Positions 49,603 to 53,393 of a DNA stretch of 53,393 nt are shown here, in pieces. Source of the stretch: Candidatus Geohabitans tengchongensis (GTDB lineage: Bacteria > Sysuimicrobiota > Sysuimicrobiia > Sysuimicrobiales > Humicultoraceae); NCBI GenBank assembly GCA_031459625.1, contig JAVKIH010000013.1:23009-76401 (forward strand), in the 5' to 3' direction. The position numbers were made by a program, and so were the translations under genes. Under the pieces are notes generated by a model. It saw only the letters and a list, made by a program, of their open reading frames with translations, did no database searches and was not told the origin of the DNA. Within the stretch, counting starts at the first letter, position 1. Every line of letters starts with the position of its first letter.

Positions 49603-50265
49603 ATGCTAGAGGCGCGTGTGAACAGAATCGAAGCCGCCCTGGAGCGCCTGGCGGACGCTCAGGCGCGCACCCAGGAGCAACTCACAGCCCTCACCGCCCG
49701 GGTCGATGCCCTCGCCGTACGCGTGGACGCCCTGGCTGCGGGGCTGGAGACGCTCACCCGGCGGGTCGATGCCCTGGCCGAGCAGATGGCCGTCCTGGCC
49801 ACCGCCATGACCCGACTGGCCTCCGATGTGGGGGACCTCAAGGGCGACGTGCTGGAGCTGCGCTACCGGTCCCACCTCAATGCCTACTTCCACGGGGTCC
49901 TGCGACGCCTCCGCCTCGTCACCGACGAGGAGTTGGGACGGCTCGCCGACGAGGCCAGGCAGCGGCGCGTCCTGACCGAGGAGGAGGCGGCCGACCTGCT
50001 CAGGAGCGACCTCGTCGCCCTCGGGCGGCGGCCGGAGGACGGGGCCGAAGCCTACCTCGTCGTCGAGGTGTCGGCCGTCGTCGACTCCAACGACGTGCGC
50101 CGGGCAGCCCGCCGGGCAGGACTCCTCTCGAACATCACGCGCCTCCCGGCGGTGGCGGCCGTTGCCGGGAACGACGTCACGGAGGCCGCCCGCACCGAAG
50201 CCCGCAACGCCGGCGTCTGGTGCGTGCTGGACGGCCTCGCCTCCCCTCCGACGGCTCCCTCCTGA
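49603..50265 (+). CDS. hypothetical protein: N-terminal coiled coil plus putative PD-(D/E)xK-like domain
   Basis: RVDALA heptad repeats, LKG..LE, SDLVALG...YLVVEVS...DV.RA..RA. Confidence 0.75.
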   Translation: MLEARVNRIEAALERLADAQARTQEQLTALTARVDALAVRVDALAAGLETLTRRVDALAEQMAVLATAMTRLASDVGDLKGDVLELRYRSHLNAYFHGVLRRLRLVTDEELGRLADEARQRRVLTEEEAADLLRSDLVALGRRPEDGAEAYLVVEVSAVVDSNDVRRAARRAGLLSNITRLPAVAAVAGNDVTEAARTEARNAGVWCVLDGLASPPTAPS

Positions 50266-50523
50266 ATCAACCTGCGCTCCGGGCTGGGCGCGCGCCTGGC
50301 TGAGGGTTCCCGCAGGCACTCGCGCTCGGGCGAGGAACCACGACGCCCCAGATCAAGGCCCCCGCGGCGCCAGAATCAAGTCAAGGAAATCTTTAGGGAG
50401 TGTCGAATTTTCGGCAAGAGGTCGCCGCCTGGGCGAACGACCTCGCTATGAACGAATTTGCAATCTCCTCAGCACACCTTGGAACTTCTCGAGTCCAAGC
50501 GCAGGGAGGCTGAATAGGAGACC

Positions 50524-51783
50524 ATGGAACAACTGAGCGTTGAGGTGCTGAAGAGTGCTGTCAAAGGTGCGGCCGCGGCGTTCCGTTGCCGCCGGCGGCT
50601 CCTGCCGGCAGGCGGTCCCGGCGAGAAGGTATTCCCACCGACGTTCGCAGGTGCCGTCTATGCCATCGAACAGCGACGTATCCCGGGTCGTGATGGACCA
50701 GTCACCTGTGTGTTGCTGGACAGCGTGCAGAGCCAGGCCAACCGCATGGAACTGGCCCTCCAGGAGGCAGTGGACGCCGGCAGGATCAGGATCCCGCTCG
50801 TGGTCGTGGACTTCACGGAGTACGATCCCACGGGCGACCTGGAAGCCGACGAGCGGGCCGGTCGACTAATCGACAGGGTGGGGAAGATCACGAGCCTGCA
50901 GGTGCCACACCGCCTGGCTGACGCCACCTTGCGGTACAGCGAGCTGGACGGTGTGCCGTTCCGGAAGTCCGACAAGGGCAAGGCGCTCAACACGGTGAGT
51001 CCGACCAATGCGACTCCCCTGTTCGAGCTCTGCCCCACGGCGCTCCTGTTTGGCATGTGGGACTCGACCGGGCCCAAAGGCGGGCTCGGGGCAAAGTTCG
51101 AGCGGGCAATGGTGTCCGAGATCGTCGGAGTCGGAGTGGAGGTCGGAGACCTTCGACGTGGTGTGCGACGGGATCCCCTTGGGACGAGCAGGGACGTCAC
51201 CGTGATCCCCTCGGAGGACCGGACGGAGTTCCGCGTCGCAGAAGGCAGGAACCGGGGCGTCCGCCCATCGAAGCTCGGCCTTGCCAGCGTCCCCTTCCCC
51301 AAGCAGACGGATCAGAAGACCCGGGAAAATTACTACGATGGCGTCACGATCGAGTACGCAGAGCAGACGACCACCCTCTCGCTGATCTGCCTCCGCCGTC
51401 TGCGCTTCCCACTGAACGGCCAGCCGCCGCAGGACGAGGTGGACGTGGCCGCCCGCACCGTGCTGGCGGCCCTTGGGCTCTGTGCGGCCACCCTCGCCTT
51501 CGAAGCCGGGGCCGACTTGCGGTCGCGGTGCCTTCTGTGGCCTGACGGTCCGACGGTCTGGGAGCTACTGGCCCGACCCGGAGCCGAGCCCGAGCGGTTC
51601 TCGCTCACTGGCGAGACCGCCATTGCTCTACTCAAGGAAGCTGTAAGACAAGCCAAGGAGAAGGGGTTACCGTGGCCGGATGAACCGGTGGTTCTCAAGC
51701 CCTCTGAGGAGCTGGTGAAACTCGCACGCCTGAGCCAGATCGAGGCGGCGAAGAAGACCGGCGAGACTGGGGAGACAGCGTGA
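50524..51783 (+). CDS. csb1: type I-G (I-U) CRISPR Cas7-like protein Csb1
   Basis: L.PAGG.G.KVFPPT, LLDSVQSQANRME, PHR.AD, PTALLFG.WDS, LRRLRFP, LRSRC.L. Confidence 0.93.
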   Translation: MEQLSVEVLKSAVKGAAAAFRCRRRLLPAGGPGEKVFPPTFAGAVYAIEQRRIPGRDGPVTCVLLDSVQSQANRMELALQEAVDAGRIRIPLVVVDFTEYDPTGDLEADERAGRLIDRVGKITSLQVPHRLADATLRYSELDGVPFRKSDKGKALNTVSPTNATPLFELCPTALLFGMWDSTGPKGGLGAKFERAMVSEIVGVGVEVGDLRRGVRRDPLGTSRDVTVIPSEDRTEFRVAEGRNRGVRPSKLGLASVPFPKQTDQKTRENYYDGVTIEYAEQTTTLSLICLRRLRFPLNGQPPQDEVDVAARTVLAALGLCAATLAFEAGADLRSRCLLWPDGPTVWELLARPGAEPERFSLTGETAIALLKEAVRQAKEKGLPWPDEPVVLKPSEELVKLARLSQIEAAKKTGETGETA

Positions 51784-51784
51784 C

Positions 51785-53389
51785 ATGCTGGCCTTTGGGA
51801 TCCGGTACCTGAATGGCTTTGCAGCCGCCTGTGAACCACACGAACGGCAGCCGGAACGCGAGCGGCCCGAGTGGCCGCCACACCCCGCGCGGGTCTTCAT
51901 GGCGCTCGCGGCGGCACACTTCCAGACAGGAGAGGACCCTGACGAGCGCCGGGCCCTGGAGTGGCTGGAGTCGCTGCCCGCGCCTTCGCTGAGGGCACCC
52001 GAGCACGTCCCCCGGGCGGTCGTCACCCACTATGTACCGGTCAACGACAAACCCGGCAACAAGACCAAGCCGCCGACTGCGGTTATCCAGTCCGTCCCTC
52101 AACTGGCCCGTGACCGCCAACCCCGGACTTTCGCCCGTACTTGGCCCGACGAGGATGTGGTGTACCTTGTCTGGCCGGAGGCCGTGCCACAGGAGCCGGT
52201 GGCGCGCGCATTAACACAACTGTGCGCCAAGGTGACCCGGATCGGCCACTCCATGTCGCTGGTCCAGATGTGGATGGCGACCTCTGAGGAAGCCGGCGAA
52301 CCCACCTGGATTCCCGACGAGGAGCGTGCGGAGATTCACCTGCGAGTGCCGTCGGCCGGGCTGCTCGCGGACCTCGAGCGCAGATACAATCAGGTGGCGG
52401 TCGAAGCGTACGCAGCGCTTCTCGTCGCCGCAGAGGATGGAAATGCCAAAACCCGGCGAGCCGCGAAAAGGCGGCTGAGTGAGGAGTTCGGAGGAGAGCC
52501 GCCTCCCCGGCTCCGACCGCAGGTGCCTTTCTACCAGGGTTATGCGCGGCCAGTTGCAGCCGAGTCTCCGAAAGAGACCCCGGGGACCGTCTTCAGCCCC
52601 CACCTCGTCGTGTTCCGCCTCGAGCGCGAGAGCGGCCCCTATCAGGCGCTCAGCCTGCGCACCGTGGCGACGGTCACCACGCGCTGGCGCGAGGCCCTGG
52701 TCAGCCAGTGCAACGACATGCCGGACCGTGTGCGGGAGATCGTGAGCGGCCACCACCGGGACGGCGCGCCACTCGAAGCACCTCATCTGGCGTTCCTGCC
52801 GCTCGCCTTCGTTGGACACCCGCACGCGGACGGCCACCTGTTGGGGATGGGGATTGTCCTACCCCAACAGCTGACACTCGACGAGCGCCGCCAGGTACTC
52901 CGGGTGCTTGCACGCGTAAGCCAGCTCAGGCTCGGAGCTCTCGGCGCCTGGCGTCTGGATCGGGAGGCCGGCGGTCGCCCGCCGTGGAACCTGAGACCTG
53001 AGGCCTGGACCGCGCACCCCGACGGCGCGACCCACTGGTCCACCGTGACGCCTGTGGCGTTCGACCGACACCCGAAGGCGAAAGATCGGGGCGAGTACCA
53101 GCGGGAGGTGGCCGAGATGATCGCCGCCGCCTGTGCAGCGGTTGGGCTGCCACGCCCGCGAGAGGTCGTCGTGACGGCGGTCTCGGCCCATCTCGGGGTG
53201 CCGCCCGCGCACGTTTTCCCACGCCTTGCGCGCAAGGATGGCAGCGAGCGTCGCCACGCCCACGCGATCCTTGTCTTCGACGAACCGGTGCGCGGACCGG
53301 TGCTCATCGGGGCGGGAAGGTATCGGGGATACGGGGTGGCCAGGCCGATGTGGCCGTCCGGGTCGCAGGGTGAGGGGGGAAAGTCGTGA
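51785..53389 (+). CDS. csb2: type I-G CRISPR Cas5/Cas6 fusion Csb2
   Basis: EWPPHPAR.F.AL.AA, ALEWLE.L, YVPVND, RIGHS.S, SGH, W.TVTP, GPVLIGAGRYRGYG Gly-rich loop; GTGA at 53386 suggests a coupled next gene. Confidence 0.93.
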   Translation: MLAFGIRYLNGFAAACEPHERQPERERPEWPPHPARVFMALAAAHFQTGEDPDERRALEWLESLPAPSLRAPEHVPRAVVTHYVPVNDKPGNKTKPPTAVIQSVPQLARDRQPRTFARTWPDEDVVYLVWPEAVPQEPVARALTQLCAKVTRIGHSMSLVQMWMATSEEAGEPTWIPDEERAEIHLRVPSAGLLADLERRYNQVAVEAYAALLVAAEDGNAKTRRAAKRRLSEEFGGEPPPRLRPQVPFYQGYARPVAAESPKETPGTVFSPHLVVFRLERESGPYQALSLRTVATVTTRWREALVSQCNDMPDRVREIVSGHHRDGAPLEAPHLAFLPLAFVGHPHADGHLLGMGIVLPQQLTLDERRQVLRVLARVSQLRLGALGAWRLDREAGGRPPWNLRPEAWTAHPDGATHWSTVTPVAFDRHPKAKDRGEYQREVAEMIAAACAAVGLPRPREVVVTAVSAHLGVPPAHVFPRLARKDGSERRHAHAILVFDEPVRGPVLIGAGRYRGYGVARPMWPSGSQGEGGKS

Positions 53390-53393
53390 GGCA

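Overview
Very GC-rich bacterial window with no rRNA, tRNA or CRISPR array. It has four parts. (1) 1-3.6 kb: a partial hypothetical gene, a Uma2 endonuclease, decayed fragments, an NTPase, and a DEAD-box RNA helicase with a clear sigma70 promoter and a long structured leader. (2) 3.8-29.3 kb: about 25 co-directional catabolic genes. These are two NMT1/SsuA-type ABC importers, two GntR regulators, a Rieske ring-hydroxylating dioxygenase (alpha/beta) in phthalate-3,4-dioxygenase-like gene order, an SDR, two extradiol (VOC) dioxygenases, a DHDPS-family aldolase, a class II aldolase, an OCD/mu-crystallin protein, a hydantoinase/oxoprolinase pair, an LLM oxidoreductase, an enamidase homolog and a lone molybdopterin hydroxylase large subunit. 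I read this as a candidate undescribed pathway for a fused aromatic N-heterocycle; it contains a less GC-rich islet at about 7.4-12.2 kb. (3) 29.4-50.3 kb: mostly housekeeping genes, plus a DNA-repair block (mrfAB-like pair with a perfect Gram-positive-type SOS box, and Lhr) that brackets a stand-alone 78-aa Arg-rich gene with its own SD and terminator. (4) 50.5 kb to the end: the start of a type I-G CRISPR-Cas operon (csb1, csb2). All family calls come from motif recognition by eye; no searches were run.
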